Shown piece by piece: positions 27,056 through 37,030 of a DNA stretch of 64,000 bases. Position 1 is the first letter of the stretch. Every line of letters begins with the position of its first letter. The DNA is taken from NCBI GenBank assembly GCA_002309955.1, contig DBXQ01000102.1, positions 32,096 through 96,095 of the forward strand, in the 5' to 3' direction. The notes beneath the pieces are model-generated. The model saw only the letters and a list, made by a program, of their open reading frames with translations. It had not been told where the DNA came from and did no database searches. Position numbers and translations under genes: made by a program. The DNA comes from Bacteroidales bacterium UBA1208. Lineage in GTDB: Bacteria > Bacteroidota > Bacteroidia > Bacteroidales > P3.

Positions 27056-27161
27056 GTCTTTTGTTTTATTTATTATGGCAATCTCAGCATCTGCAACTAT
27101 GCGTATTGCCTTCGGATTTCTCACTTGCAGGGTTGCAGTCTCTGCCGCTTGAAATCGAGTG

Positions 27162-27169
27162 CAAAAGTA
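27162..27169 (-). promoter_or_regulatory. Bacteroidota -7 promoter box
   Basis: TACTTTTG on the minus strand, about 107 nt upstream of the start at 27055. Confidence 0.35.
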
Positions 27170-27246
27170 CAACAAAAGAAAAGAAAAACACTTGCTATAT
27201 CTCTTGATAGCAAGTGAATATTATTAATTGATTGTTAAGTATTTAT

Positions 27247-28365
27247 TTAGAATTTACTTATAGCAAACACCTTTATAATTACTCTACATTCGTTATCATC
27301 GTTATATTCTTTTGGTGGTATGGGTTTATAGGATTGCAGACGGGTTTCGTTAAATAAATCCTCAAACAATCCCCATGTTTTGAGAGGAAACCCCATTCTA
27401 TTTTTTCTTAAGTCTAATACTTCAATTGCATGGTCGGCAAAACATTTCAAACTATATTTATTTTTCCTCCACTTCCAATGTTTTCCCTCGCTCATCTCGA
27501 TATACCCCAATTCGGCAAACTTGGCAAACATCGCCTTTGCTTTTGGCGTTGTCAGTCGTGGGTCTATTGTGAACGGCTCGTTCTCTTCACTTTGATATAG
27601 GCTCAAATAGTCCTCCAACTCGGCTTTCTCTGTGCGTAATGCCCACCACAAGTAAACTGCATGAATTGCCGTGTTCAGTTTCTCGGTCGCTGCATTAATA
27701 CTCTGCTCAGCCTGCACTCGCTCACCTCTTCTTTCCTCAAACTCTTCGGGCAGTCCGATACTTTCCCACTCTATGGGATATAACCGCAACACATCTCTTT
27801 CTTGCTGGGTGATATTGCTATAACTTGCATCTATCAATCCCATACATAACCTATAAAGGAAACTATCCCTATACTCGTACCATACAGAATAATACCCTCC
27901 CAACTTATACTCCCCATTACAATACCCATTCCCCATATACACCCATTTTTCCTCAAATGTCACCCTGTTTCCCCGATTGTATCCGCCCACCATCCATGTG
28001 TTTACACCGTTTTCATCTGTTTGTTTCCACTTGCTACTATAATATTCGCCTCGCACCTCTTTACACTTCTCTTCTCTCTCTTCTGCTTGCTCGGGAGTTT
28101 CTTTATCGTATGTGTCAAAATAGTCTTTTGCCTCTATAAAATAGCTTATCTCGTCCTTGTGGTCGGATAGCTTTGTAAAATCCTCATAACTAAATCGCTT
28201 TTGCCCCACCCCACACTTTTCGGCAATGTCAAACAATGTTGGCTCGCTGCTCTGCATCTGTCGGCATAGGTTTTTCAGCCCATTTAGTCGTTGCTGCTCG
28301 TCCGTTTGGTTCAACACGTTCATTGCCAATCTCTCAAATCTGCTTAATGTTTCTGCATTCATCAT
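27247..28365 (-). CDS. Hypothetical protein (element cargo, 372 aa)
   Basis: A long ORF directly downstream of the integrase. It is acidic and Trp/Tyr-rich, and I recognise no motif. Confidence 0.55.
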   Translation of the reverse strand: MMNAETLSRFERLAMNVLNQTDEQQRLNGLKNLCRQMQSSEPTLFDIAEKCGVGQKRFSYEDFTKLSDHKDEISYFIEAKDYFDTYDKETPEQAEEREEKCKEVRGEYYSSKWKQTDENGVNTWMVGGYNRGNRVTFEEKWVYMGNGYCNGEYKLGGYYSVWYEYRDSFLYRLCMGLIDASYSNITQQERDVLRLYPIEWESIGLPEEFEERRGERVQAEQSINAATEKLNTAIHAVYLWWALRTEKAELEDYLSLYQSEENEPFTIDPRLTTPKAKAMFAKFAELGYIEMSEGKHWKWRKNKYSLKCFADHAIEVLDLRKNRMGFPLKTWGLFEDLFNETRLQSYKPIPPKEYNDDNECRVIIKVFAISKF

Positions 28366-28378
28366 TTACCCCTCCATA

Positions 28379-29551
28379 TTAAAGCTCGTTCAACAGGTTC
28401 ACCGCATCCACTTTCTTTTTATCCACTATCTTTGCATATATCTGAGTTGTCGCAACCTCGGAATGTCCCAACAGCTTGCTGACGGTGTAGAGGTCTGCCC
28501 CCTTAGTCAATAGGGTTGTGGCGTATGTGTGGCGTGCTGTGTGTAATGTCAGGTTCTTGTTTATCCCTGCCCGTTCTGCCCATGCTTTCAATGTGCGGTT
28601 CATGGCTGGCTCTGTCGGTATGTCGGCAAATACAAGCCCGCTGACGGGCTTTTCTCCCTGTTGCGGTAGAAACTCCCGTGCCTTGCTTGATAGGGGCAAA
28701 TAGAGGGGTGTTTGCGTTTTCTGCTGGCGTATGGTGATAGTCCATTGTTCGCCCTGCTGGTTTATGTCAGCCCACCGCAACGCCTTAACGTCCGATATAC
28801 GCAAACCGCAATAACACATAAAGAGGTACGCCCGTCTTGTTTCCTCGCTGGCTGTCGGGGTGTTCTCTAACAACTTCAACTCATCAATAGTAAGATACGC
28901 CCGTGTGCTTTCGGGTACTTTGATTTTGTCCGCATCTGCCAACATATCACACGGGTTTTTGTTTATTACGCCCTCCCTCACTGCCTCGGACAATGCAAAC
29001 CTCAAACATTGGTAACGCTTTTGTGCTGTGCTGGCTGCTAAATGCTGCCCCGTGTTCTGCACATTACGCCCGATAACGTAACCCGTACGCAAATACTCTA
29101 TAAAGCCCTTGCAAAATTCGGTGTCCACGTCCGACACTCTCACACGTTCACCAGCGTATTGTCTCAACAGGTCTGCGGTGTTCTCTATCGTACGCCCCCA
29201 CGTGTGGCGGTTGGCTGCTGTGCTGGCTCTCTGCTCTGCCTGTTCGGCACAATGCATCATCCAATCCGACAACAGAATTTTCGACTGCCAAACACGCTTT
29301 AATCCCGCCTCTTCGGCTATGATTACCCGTGTACGCTCTGCTTTGATAGCGTTTGCAGCGTTCAGCACCTCCAAGTTATGCAGCTTGTCAAAGGGTGTTT
29401 TTTCGGGTATTAGATAGAGTTTCAAAAATTCATATTCCCTTTGCCCGTCTTTGTAATAGTCCAAATACAGCGACACATTCCCGTTTGACAGTCTTTTTTC
29501 TCTCAAACGTACCGTTTCTTTCGCCTTGCTGGCAACTTTTTTTCTCGGCAT
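28379..29551 (-). CDS. Tyrosine site-specific integrase (phage integrase family with N-terminal arm-binding domain)
   Basis: N-terminus RLREKRLSNGNVSLYLDYY.DG.REYEFL. The catalytic region is HTARHTYATTLL...LLGHSEVATTQIYAKIV. Confidence 0.9.
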   Translation of the reverse strand: MPRKKVASKAKETVRLREKRLSNGNVSLYLDYYKDGQREYEFLKLYLIPEKTPFDKLHNLEVLNAANAIKAERTRVIIAEEAGLKRVWQSKILLSDWMMHCAEQAEQRASTAANRHTWGRTIENTADLLRQYAGERVRVSDVDTEFCKGFIEYLRTGYVIGRNVQNTGQHLAASTAQKRYQCLRFALSEAVREGVINKNPCDMLADADKIKVPESTRAYLTIDELKLLENTPTASEETRRAYLFMCYCGLRISDVKALRWADINQQGEQWTITIRQQKTQTPLYLPLSSKAREFLPQQGEKPVSGLVFADIPTEPAMNRTLKAWAERAGINKNLTLHTARHTYATTLLTKGADLYTVSKLLGHSEVATTQIYAKIVDKKKVDAVNLLNEL

Positions 29552-29582
29552 ACTCGATAAGATTTAATTTTGTTTCCGATTG

Positions 29583-29590
29583 CAAAGATA
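29583..29590 (-). promoter_or_regulatory. Bacteroidota -7 promoter box for the integrase
   Basis: TATCTTTG on the minus strand, 32 nt upstream of the start at 29551. Confidence 0.45.
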
Positions 29591-29727
29591 CAAACTTTTT
29601 TTCATTCGAGTAACAAACGAGTAACAAAAATGTACCTTATAACATCAAAACAAGGTAAAATAACACCCAAAACTGCAACGGCTGTAATTCAGTATATTAA
29701 CTATGAAAATCAATACTTTATGGCATT

Positions 29728-29750
29728 AAAAAAGCCCCTTAATTGGGGCT
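29728..29750 (-). terminator. Element-borne terminator just downstream of the reconstituted tRNA-Val
   Basis: The minus strand reads agccccaattaaggggct followed by TTTTT. Confidence 0.55.
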
Positions 29751-29756
29751 TCTGTG

Positions 29757-29831
29757 TGGTCTGTGGCAGATTCGAACTGTCGACCTCTTCCGTGTGAAGG
29801 AAGCGCTCTGAACCAACTGAGCTAACAGACC
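29757..29831 (-). tRNA. tRNA-Val (anticodon CAC)
   Basis: Hand-folded cloverleaf: acceptor ggtctgt/acagacc, D-arm agctcagttggttcagagc, anticodon stem cttcc/ggaag with loop TTCACAC, T-arm gacag-ttcgaat-ctgcc. Confidence 0.9.
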
Positions 29832-29877
29832 TTTTACAAAACAAGCGGAGGCCTTTGACCTCCGTGTTGCTCTTGTG

Positions 29878-29952
29878 TGATCTGTACAAGATTTGAACTT
29901 GTGACCTCTTGCCTGTCAAGCAAGCGCTCTAAACCAACTGAGCTAACAGATC
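29878..29952 (-). tRNA. tRNA-Val (anticodon GAC)
   Basis: Acceptor gatctgt/acagatc, anticodon stem cttgc/gcaag with loop TTGACAG, T-arm acaag-ttcaaat-cttgt. Confidence 0.9.
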
Positions 29953-29987
29953 ATTTTTTTGGCACTTTTCTCTCTCGAAAAGCGGTT

Positions 29988-29995
29988 GCAAAAGT
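29988..29995 (-). promoter_or_regulatory. Bacteroidota -7 promoter box for the tRNA-Val pair
   Basis: TACTTTTG on the minus strand, 36 nt upstream of the tRNA 5' end at 29952. Confidence 0.45.
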
Positions 29996-30224
29996 ACGAA
30001 CATTTTTTTGATTGACAAAATTTTTTTTCTCAAAAAGATACAACATGCTGATTATAAATGCTACTTTTTTGCTCGGCTTCTCTTGTAAGACTCTGTAAAA
30101 AGCCTCTTGAGCCCCTTGTTTTATGCTTTTTTCGCCTTTGTTGTTCTCATTTTTTCTACAAGTGAACGTTATGCTTTGGATTTCACTGCATATCGCTCAA
30201 TAGGGAGCGGTTGCCGCAGTGTTT

Positions 30225-30890
30225 CTATTTTGAGGTGTGGAGGAATGCTTGGATATCCCAGAAATGTTGTGCCACTTCAGGAAGTTGGCTGTCGGGGGCA
30301 TTCCACCATTGGCGTTGTAAGAGGGCTTGTATGGTATCGGGGTCGAAGCGGTATTTGATTACATGGGCTGGGACGCCAACAGCTATGGCATAAGGAGGAA
30401 TGTCGCGGGTGATGACAGCACCGGCACCTATGACGGCTCCGTCGCCTATGGTGACCCCATCGAGAATGAAAACGTTTGCCCCAATGTATACGTCATTGCC
30501 TATGTTGGTCTGTTTGGTTTCGGTAAACTGGGGTTCTGGGGAGAGTGTGACACCGTTCTGTTTGGCGGGGGAGTAGAACATGGGGTGGGTAGAGACTCCC
30601 GCTGTGGGGTGTAGCCCTTGGCCACAGCATAGGTTGGGACCGATAGAACAGAACTTACCGATAGTGGTGTTGGCGACAAGGGCGTGGCGGGAGAGATAGG
30701 TGTAGTCGCCTATGGCGACGTTGTGCAGGATGTAGGGCGGGTTGAGTTGTGTATGGCGACCCAGGGTGCAGCGTGCCCGTTCCGAGCGCACAAGCGAATA
30801 GCCGACGCTTTTACCCGATGGTATAATTGGGCGGTCAAGCCATCGGCCAAAAAGCTTCTGAATGCGGTACTTTATTTTGAGGTTCGCCAT
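30225..30890 (-). CDS. Hexapeptide-repeat xenobiotic O-acetyltransferase (CatB/Vat-like)
   Basis: Left-handed beta-helix repeats ([31 protein letters not shown]) and the XAT-type C-terminus [18 protein letters not shown]. Confidence 0.8.
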   Translation of the reverse strand: MANLKIKYRIQKLFGRWLDRPIIPSGKSVGYSLVRSERARCTLGRHTQLNPPYILHNVAIGDYTYLSRHALVANTTIGKFCSIGPNLCCGQGLHPTAGVSTHPMFYSPAKQNGVTLSPEPQFTETKQTNIGNDVYIGANVFILDGVTIGDGAVIGAGAVITRDIPPYAIAVGVPAHVIKYRFDPDTIQALLQRQWWNAPDSQLPEVAQHFWDIQAFLHTSK

Positions 30891-31840
30891 GGTCCTTGAT
30901 GATGGAGAATTTTTTTGACTTTTTTGTTAATCAGATGATAGAGGATGTGGCCTTTTGTCCAGTTGCCACGCGATGATTCGAAGTAGCTGAAATGGAATGA
31001 CCGGTCGGCATTGCGTTGTATGGAATGGTCGGCGGGATGGACGAGGGGGAGGATCGGTTGGGTGGGAATGTTGTCGATGATGTTTCCCTGTCCCGATGGG
31101 TGGGTGGCGTCGACAACGGTGCCTATGTTGGAAGAGAGGTTGACATTGGGGATTATCCCTTTCCCGTGATGGAGCCAGATGGCCATGAGAAACTGCATGT
31201 CCCAGCTGGAGTTGCCGACACCGTCTTTGTGTACTTCGTCCAGGCGGTCGCACCAGTATTCCCGTTCAAGGATGCCGCATCCGTAGCGTCGCAAGGCACG
31301 TGCAAGGGTGCAGCGTGATACATGGAAGAGACGAAGGTCGAAGAGGTTCCATGCACGTCGCCACGATGCCCAAGCGCAGAGATTGCGATTCATCATGGAG
31401 AAATAGTAGCTCTCGGGATTGGGGCGTTGTTTGTCGACATTCATGCTACCGATAGCCATGACCGATGGGTCGTCAGCATAGCGTTGGAGGAGTTGTTGGG
31501 CGTAGGAGAAGAAGTCGGGATGGGGAATGGCATCGTCTTCGAGGATAATGCCGCTCTCAATCTGAGAAAAGAACCATGTGAGAGCGTCGGCGGGTCCGGG
31601 GCCGCAGCCAAGATTATGAGGGGAGTACCGTGTGTGGAGCCGTGTAGAAGATTCTGCCGTAAGTTGGTCGATGACCTCTCGCACCTGAGCCAGACGCGAA
31701 GGGTCATCGGGGTGGTCTGGGCGGGGACCGTCTTGGAAGACGTATAGGTCGGCAGGTGCTTGTTGCATGATGATAGATAGCACCTGCCTTGTGAAGTCAG
31801 GGCGGTTGAAGTTAATAAGGAGTATAGGGGTGTTGAACAT
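30872..31840 (-). CDS. GT-A-fold nucleotide-diphospho-sugar transferase-like protein
   Basis: [18 protein letters not shown]......[10 protein letters not shown] and EDD acidic motifs. It overlaps the downstream acetyltransferase by 19 nt. Confidence 0.5.
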   Translation of the reverse strand: MFNTPILLINFNRPDFTRQVLSIIMQQAPADLYVFQDGPRPDHPDDPSRLAQVREVIDQLTAESSTRLHTRYSPHNLGCGPGPADALTWFFSQIESGIILEDDAIPHPDFFSYAQQLLQRYADDPSVMAIGSMNVDKQRPNPESYYFSMMNRNLCAWASWRRAWNLFDLRLFHVSRCTLARALRRYGCGILEREYWCDRLDEVHKDGVGNSSWDMQFLMAIWLHHGKGIIPNVNLSSNIGTVVDATHPSGQGNIIDNIPTQPILPLVHPADHSIQRNADRSFHFSYFESSRGNWTKGHILYHLINKKVKKILHHQGPWRTSK

Positions 31841-31849
31841 CGGGGATCG

Positions 31850-33721
31850 TCATTTCTTTTTCGAGAAGCCGAAGTTGGGGAGTTCGACACTGCGGAAAGC
31901 AGAGAGAATGGGATTGGCAGTCTGGGGAGCACGGCCGTAAATCTCTGCAATGAGATTTTTATATTTGTCCATGAGTATGTTACGCTTAATCTTCAGTGTG
32001 GGGGAAAGGAGACCGTTGGCCGATGTCCACTCGTCGGAGACAAGACGGAAACTCTTGATTTGTTCGTGTGCGGCAAAGTCGCGGTTGATTAGGTCGATGA
32101 CTGTTTTGTATTTTTCTTTGGTTTGAGGAAGCGCAAGGAGTTGGTTGTTGTCACGGTAATGTAGTTTGTGTTTGAGTGCCCAGTAGTGGAGCGTGTTGAA
32201 GTTAGGCGATATAATGACACCTACACTCTTTTCGTTCTCACCTACAACCATGGCTTGTTCGATATATTCGGACTCGCGGAGTTTGTTTTCAAGCAACTGC
32301 GGAGCGATATATTTGCCTGCGGAAAGTTTGAAAATGTCTTTCTTTCGGTCAGTGATGCGCAGGTAGCGCGGTCCTGTTATGCCGCCCACAAACTGTCCGA
32401 CATCTCCGGTATGGAACCATCCGTCGGAGTCGATGACCTGTGCTGTGTATTCGGGGTCTTTGTAATAGCCCAACATGACGTGAGGCCCGCGGGTGAGAAT
32501 CTCGCCATCGTCGGCCAGTTTGACTTCCACACCGCTGAGTACTGGTCCCACGGTGCCGATGCGGACGTAGCCGTCGGCAGGGTTGTTGACAGCGATGACG
32601 GGCGAAGTCTCAGACAGACCGTAGCCTTCGTAGATATTGATGCCAGCGGCAGCGAAAGTGCGGATGATGCGGGGTTGGATGCTGCTTGAGCCCGTGATGA
32701 CAATAAGCCGGTTGCCACCGAAACGTTCGCGCCAGTGACGATAAACAAGACGTTCGAAGAAGAACTGTGAAATCTGATAGCCCAGTGACACTTTCTTAAA
32801 GAGGGTGTAGTCGTAGCGGGCACCGTGCTTGAACGCCCGTGTGTAGATGGTTTTCTTGATTCCGGTGAAGTCTTTGCCAGCAGCATAAAGTTTGTCATAT
32901 ACCATCTCAAGTACCCGGGGAACGGCACAGAACCCGTTGGTGTGTATCTCAGCCATGTTCTGCTGTAGGGTACCCATGTTCTCGGCATAGTATATGGAGA
33001 CGCCTTTAAGCTGGAAGTGGTAGTTCATGCTGCGCTCGTACATGTGGTTGAGGGGAAGGAACGAGAGCACGCGGCTGTCAGAGGTCATGGGGTTGACTTT
33101 CTCGTGCGCAACGAAGTTGCTGCAGATGTTGCGGTGGGAGAGCATGACGCCTTTGGGTTGGCCGGTGGTGCCAGAGGTGTAGATAAGGGTGACCCAGTCG
33201 TCGGGCTGTATGGTGTCCTTAAGATGTGCGATGATGGGACTGTTTTTCTCGCGGCTGGCGATACCGGCTTTAAGGATTTCGAGTGTGCGTGGGTATCCTT
33301 CAATGGCAGCGAGGGTATAGATTTGGGGCTTTACCTCCATCTTGTCGACGGCAGGCAAGATGCGCTTCAGTAGCACATTGTTGCTTACGAGGATGAACTT
33401 GGCTTCACTGTGGGTGAAGATGTGCAGGTAGTTGTCAGGACTCAGGGTAGGGTAGACCGGGACATGTATCATGCCGGCAAGAGCAAGAGCCATGTCGATG
33501 AAATTCCATTCGGGACAGTTGCCTGAGATAGTGATGACTTTGTCGCCAGGTTGCAGGCCAAGTTCTAAAAGTCCGCAAGCCATATAGTGGGCGTATTTAT
33601 AATAGTCGTGGGTGCTGTATTTCACCCATTCGCCTTTTTCTTTTCCTGCCAGAATATCGGGCTTGTCAGGGTATGAGGTGACAAGGTGGTCAAGCAGGTC
33701 GAAGGTACGCGTTATTTCCAT
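31850..33721 (-). CDS. Long-chain fatty acid-CoA ligase (AMP-forming)
   Basis: AMP-binding motif IYTSGTTGQPKGVMLSHRN, plus GYGLSETS, TGD and KRNIL motifs. Confidence 0.85.
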   Translation of the reverse strand: MEITRTFDLLDHLVTSYPDKPDILAGKEKGEWVKYSTHDYYKYAHYMACGLLELGLQPGDKVITISGNCPEWNFIDMALALAGMIHVPVYPTLSPDNYLHIFTHSEAKFILVSNNVLLKRILPAVDKMEVKPQIYTLAAIEGYPRTLEILKAGIASREKNSPIIAHLKDTIQPDDWVTLIYTSGTTGQPKGVMLSHRNICSNFVAHEKVNPMTSDSRVLSFLPLNHMYERSMNYHFQLKGVSIYYAENMGTLQQNMAEIHTNGFCAVPRVLEMVYDKLYAAGKDFTGIKKTIYTRAFKHGARYDYTLFKKVSLGYQISQFFFERLVYRHWRERFGGNRLIVITGSSSIQPRIIRTFAAAGINIYEGYGLSETSPVIAVNNPADGYVRIGTVGPVLSGVEVKLADDGEILTRGPHVMLGYYKDPEYTAQVIDSDGWFHTGDVGQFVGGITGPRYLRITDRKKDIFKLSAGKYIAPQLLENKLRESEYIEQAMVVGENEKSVGVIISPNFNTLHYWALKHKLHYRDNNQLLALPQTKEKYKTVIDLINRDFAAHEQIKSFRLVSDEWTSANGLLSPTLKIKRNILMDKYKNLIAEIYGRAPQTANPILSAFRSVELPNFGFSKKK

Positions 33722-33829
33722 AATAATGTTTTCCTTTGTTTTTAAAATAGTGTCATTCTTGTTGTTAGGTCGTGCAATCTACTTTTTGGAGGGTTGCAGT
33801 GCTTCTACAAAAGAAGACATTTGAAGTTG

Positions 33830-33837
33830 CAAAGATA
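33830..33837 (-). promoter_or_regulatory. Bacteroidota -7 promoter box
   Basis: TATCTTTG on the minus strand, about 109 nt upstream of the start at 33721. Confidence 0.4.
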
Positions 33838-34020
33838 CGAAGTTTTGATAAATTATTATGCAAAGAGGGGGAAATAATGCTGTTTTTTTCAATTTGGGAT
33901 ATGATAAAAATGTGATAATTAGGTTGTAGAGGCTTCTTGGACTTTAGATTTATAGAGGAAGCAGGTGGATTGGATTTCTGTTTTTTGGTTTTTTTATTTT
34001 TTGGAGTTAATGTTTTTTTG

Positions 34021-34028
34021 TATTTTTG
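34021..34028 (+). promoter_or_regulatory. Bacteroidota -7 promoter box for the trk operon
   Basis: TATTTTTG, 59 nt upstream of the ATG at 34087. Confidence 0.45.
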
Positions 34029-34086
34029 CAGGTTCGTAACAAAACGGGAGACAGCTTGTCTCCTGTTGCTAAAATATGGATTGTCA

Positions 34087-35427
34087 ATGAATATAATCAT
34101 CGCAGGCGATGGCGAAATGGGGTTCCATCTGGCACGGTCGCTGACAGATTTGAACCATAATGTAACGGTGGTGGATCCGAATTCAGAGCTGCTGAAGCGG
34201 TTGGAAAAGGATACGGATTTGCTCACCATAGCAGGGTCGTCTACTTCGCCGCAGGTATTGGCCGATGCCAATGTAGGCGACTGTGACCTCTTCGTCTCCG
34301 TGTTGCACGAAGAGAGTATCAATCTGATGAGCTGTGTGTTGGCCAAACGGATGAAAGCCAAACGCACGGTGGCCAGAATCAGTAATGCCGAACTCTTGGC
34401 ACCCAAGCATCGCGACATGTTCCGCGAGATAGGTGTGGATGAACTGGTGTGCCCCGAGCGCATTGCTGCCAAGGAAATCACCAATCTGCTGAACAATTCA
34501 GTGGCGACGGAGTTCTTCGACTTCAGCGGAGGGCTGTTGACCATGTATCTGATACGCATCGATGCCGACTCCACAGTGACGGGTCACAGTGTGCAGGAAT
34601 TGGTGCAGATGTACAACACGCTCCATGCCCGTGTGGTTGCTATCCTGCGTGGAGGCGAAACCATCATCCCCCATGCAGGGTTGGTCTTCCAGCATGGCGA
34701 CCTGGCATACCTCATCAGCCGTCCCAACCAGTTGGAGACTATCCGTCGTGTGCTGGGCAAAGAGGATGTGGCTGTCAAGCGAGCCATGATTGTTGGAGCC
34801 GGACGTGTAGGGCGCTATGCCGCCATGACATTAGAAGACCGCATTGGGATTACCCTCTTCGAAGAATCACGTCCCCGTTGCGAAGAGGCAGCTTCCCTGT
34901 TGCAACGCACGTTGGTAATCAACGGCGACGCTACCGATATCGAACTGTTGAAAGACGAAGGACTCCAAACAACCGATGCCTTCATCGCTGTGACCGACTC
35001 TTCGGAGACCAACATCCTCACCTGCCTCCATGCCAAGAAACTGGGGGTAAAACGTACCATCGCCTTGGTCGAAAACACCGGGTTCATCACCCTTTCGCAG
35101 GATATCGGCATAGACACCATCATCAACAAGAAACTGATTACCGCCAGCTATATCTCTCGATTCATAGTCCGTGGCGATGCGGTGAGCAGCAAATGGCTCA
35201 GTGGCACCAATGCGGAGTTGATAGAGTTCAATGTCGGCAAATGGTCGCCAGCCACACGCCATCTCATCCGCGACCTTCCGTTGCCCAAAGGAGCCACCAT
35301 CGGCGGCATAATCAGGGGCAACGAGACTATCTTCCCCACCCGCGACACCCAGATCAAGGCAAAAGACAAAGTGGTTGTCTTCGCCCTGCCCAAGGCTATG
35401 GAACAGGCGGCAAAACTCTTCTCCTAA
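34087..35427 (+). CDS. trkA: Trk potassium-uptake system NAD-binding subunit
   Basis: I start it at the internal ATG 34087: MNIIIAGDGEMGFHLA (Rossmann GxGxxG). A second RCK-N repeat reads AMIVGAGRVG. 446 aa. Confidence 0.9.
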   Translation: MNIIIAGDGEMGFHLARSLTDLNHNVTVVDPNSELLKRLEKDTDLLTIAGSSTSPQVLADANVGDCDLFVSVLHEESINLMSCVLAKRMKAKRTVARISNAELLAPKHRDMFREIGVDELVCPERIAAKEITNLLNNSVATEFFDFSGGLLTMYLIRIDADSTVTGHSVQELVQMYNTLHARVVAILRGGETIIPHAGLVFQHGDLAYLISRPNQLETIRRVLGKEDVAVKRAMIVGAGRVGRYAAMTLEDRIGITLFEESRPRCEEAASLLQRTLVINGDATDIELLKDEGLQTTDAFIAVTDSSETNILTCLHAKKLGVKRTIALVENTGFITLSQDIGIDTIINKKLITASYISRFIVRGDAVSSKWLSGTNAELIEFNVGKWSPATRHLIRDLPLPKGATIGGIIRGNETIFPTRDTQIKAKDKVVVFALPKAMEQAAKLFS

Positions 35428-35509
35428 ATCTTCTTCGACTTCAACCTTGTAAAACCCTACCGCCATTCGTCCAAAAAAACATATCAAGGCCGTTCGTCTG
35501 AATCAGGTA

Positions 35510-36979
35510 GTGCGTCGGTTCAACTGGCGTCTCATAGCCCATGTGACGGGTGTGTTGCTGCTTTACGTGGCGGCAGGCATGCTGTTGCCCATTGCTGTCT
35601 CCATCTATAGCCAAGACGGAATGCAATTTGCCTTGGCTCTGTCGGGGCTGCTCATACTTATGTCGGGATTGTTTCTCCGCAACATGGTGGGGAAAAAAGC
35701 GGAATATGTTTTGCGCGAAGATGAAAGCTACTGGCTCACAGTGGCGGTGTGGGTCGTATTGCCCCTGTTCGGCACCTTGCCTTACCTCTTTACCGGCACG
35801 ACAGCATCATTCACCGATGCCGTATTCGAGTCTTTCAGCGGATTCACCACCACAGGTTCTTCGGTGGTGGCCATGCCCGAGAACCTCCCGCCTTCGGTGC
35901 TTACTTACCGGGCTTTGACCCAATGGTTGGGCGGACTGGGACTGCTGCTTTTCGTAGTGGCACTATTGCGTAGGCTGGGACTCAGTGCAGGCACACTCTA
36001 CGAAGCCGAATTCTCCGGCACTCAGCAACGCAAACTGCATCCCCGTTTGGCCAAAAGCGTCACCCGCATGTGGAGCATCTACGGACTTTTCACCGTCGCC
36101 ATGAGTGTAGTGCTGACAATGCAAGGCGTTAATGTTGTGGATGCATTCTGTACAGCCTGTAGCACCGTTTCCACGGGTGGCTTCCTGACCAACAGCATGG
36201 GCATAATGGCCTTGGGCAATGGGGCAGTCACCACGGTGACAGTCTTCATGTTCTTCAGTGGAGTCAATGTGGCTGTGCTATACCGTATCTTCACATTCAA
36301 ATGGCGACACCTTTGGAGCGATGGCGAATTGCGAACCTATGTCGTGCTGTTCATTGCGGCCGTGACAGTATGCACAGTGGCTTTCTTCGCCGAAGGCAAC
36401 GGGTTGTACGATTCCGCACGCTACAGTGTGTTCCACATCGCCTCGACCATGTCCACCTGCGGCTTCTATATGCCGACCCCTCGTTATTGGTCGTTCTTGG
36501 TCAGTGTACTGACATTCATATTGATAGTAGTGGGAGCCATGTCTGGCAGCACCGGTGGCGGCATAAAGCTGCGCCGAGTCATCATCATGGTGAAATATGT
36601 GGCCAACTATTTTAACTGTATGATACACCCCAATGCTATCTACCGAGTCAAACTGAATGGCCAGCTGGTGGAGAAAGACTACATCAGCAAAGTCTTCGCC
36701 TTCGTGTTCCTTTACATTGTATTCATTGTAGCCGGGGGCTTTGTACTGACAATCTGCGGCTGTTCAATACCCGATGCTATCTGCATGGCAGCGGCCAACA
36801 TCAGCAATCTGGGTCCCTCGCCGCTTATCAACTCATTGGGTGGCAGCCTTAACTACGCGCTGCTTCCCGCCTTGGCCAAATGGATATTGGCAGTCTTGAT
36901 GCTGGCCGGTCGTGTAGAACTCTTCGCGCTCCTCGCCATTGTCTCACCAGCCTACTGGCGAATAAGGTTAAAAAGATAA
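35510..36979 (+). CDS. trkH: TrkH-family potassium transporter (paralog 1, GTG start)
   Basis: Polytopic, with selectivity-filter-like segments SGFTTTGSS, STVSTGGF, ASTMSTCGF and SGSTGGGIK. Confidence 0.88.
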   Translation: MRRFNWRLIAHVTGVLLLYVAAGMLLPIAVSIYSQDGMQFALALSGLLILMSGLFLRNMVGKKAEYVLREDESYWLTVAVWVVLPLFGTLPYLFTGTTASFTDAVFESFSGFTTTGSSVVAMPENLPPSVLTYRALTQWLGGLGLLLFVVALLRRLGLSAGTLYEAEFSGTQQRKLHPRLAKSVTRMWSIYGLFTVAMSVVLTMQGVNVVDAFCTACSTVSTGGFLTNSMGIMALGNGAVTTVTVFMFFSGVNVAVLYRIFTFKWRHLWSDGELRTYVVLFIAAVTVCTVAFFAEGNGLYDSARYSVFHIASTMSTCGFYMPTPRYWSFLVSVLTFILIVVGAMSGSTGGGIKLRRVIIMVKYVANYFNCMIHPNAIYRVKLNGQLVEKDYISKVFAFVFLYIVFIVAGGFVLTICGCSIPDAICMAAANISNLGPSPLINSLGGSLNYALLPALAKWILAVLMLAGRVELFALLAIVSPAYWRIRLKR

Positions 36980-37030
36980 ACAAATTAATCTACAAGTTAA
37001 TACATAAGCATCATTGATATAAAGTACATA

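Larger units (their letters stand above)
24567..29770 (-). mobile_element. Integrative element (about 5.2 kb) inserted in the 3' end of tRNA-Val(CAC)
   Basis: A 15-bp perfect direct repeat gtggtctgtggcaga occurs at 24567-24581 and 29756-29770; the latter is the tRNA 3' end. A tyrosine integrase lies next to the tRNA. All genes are co-directional. G+C is visibly lower than in the flanks. Confidence 0.75.

Noticed and set aside
29570-29919. ORFs of 75 and 69 aa overlapping the two tRNA-Val genes.
   Set aside because: The region folds into two canonical tRNA cloverleaves with their own promoter and terminators. The ORFs are incidental.
33765-35501. A minus-strand 269-aa ORF (33765-34574) and a plus-strand 350-aa ORF (34449-35501).
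   Set aside because: The first spans a divergent promoter region and runs antisense into trkA. The second is an Arg/His/Pro-rich alternative frame of trkA. Neither has motifs.
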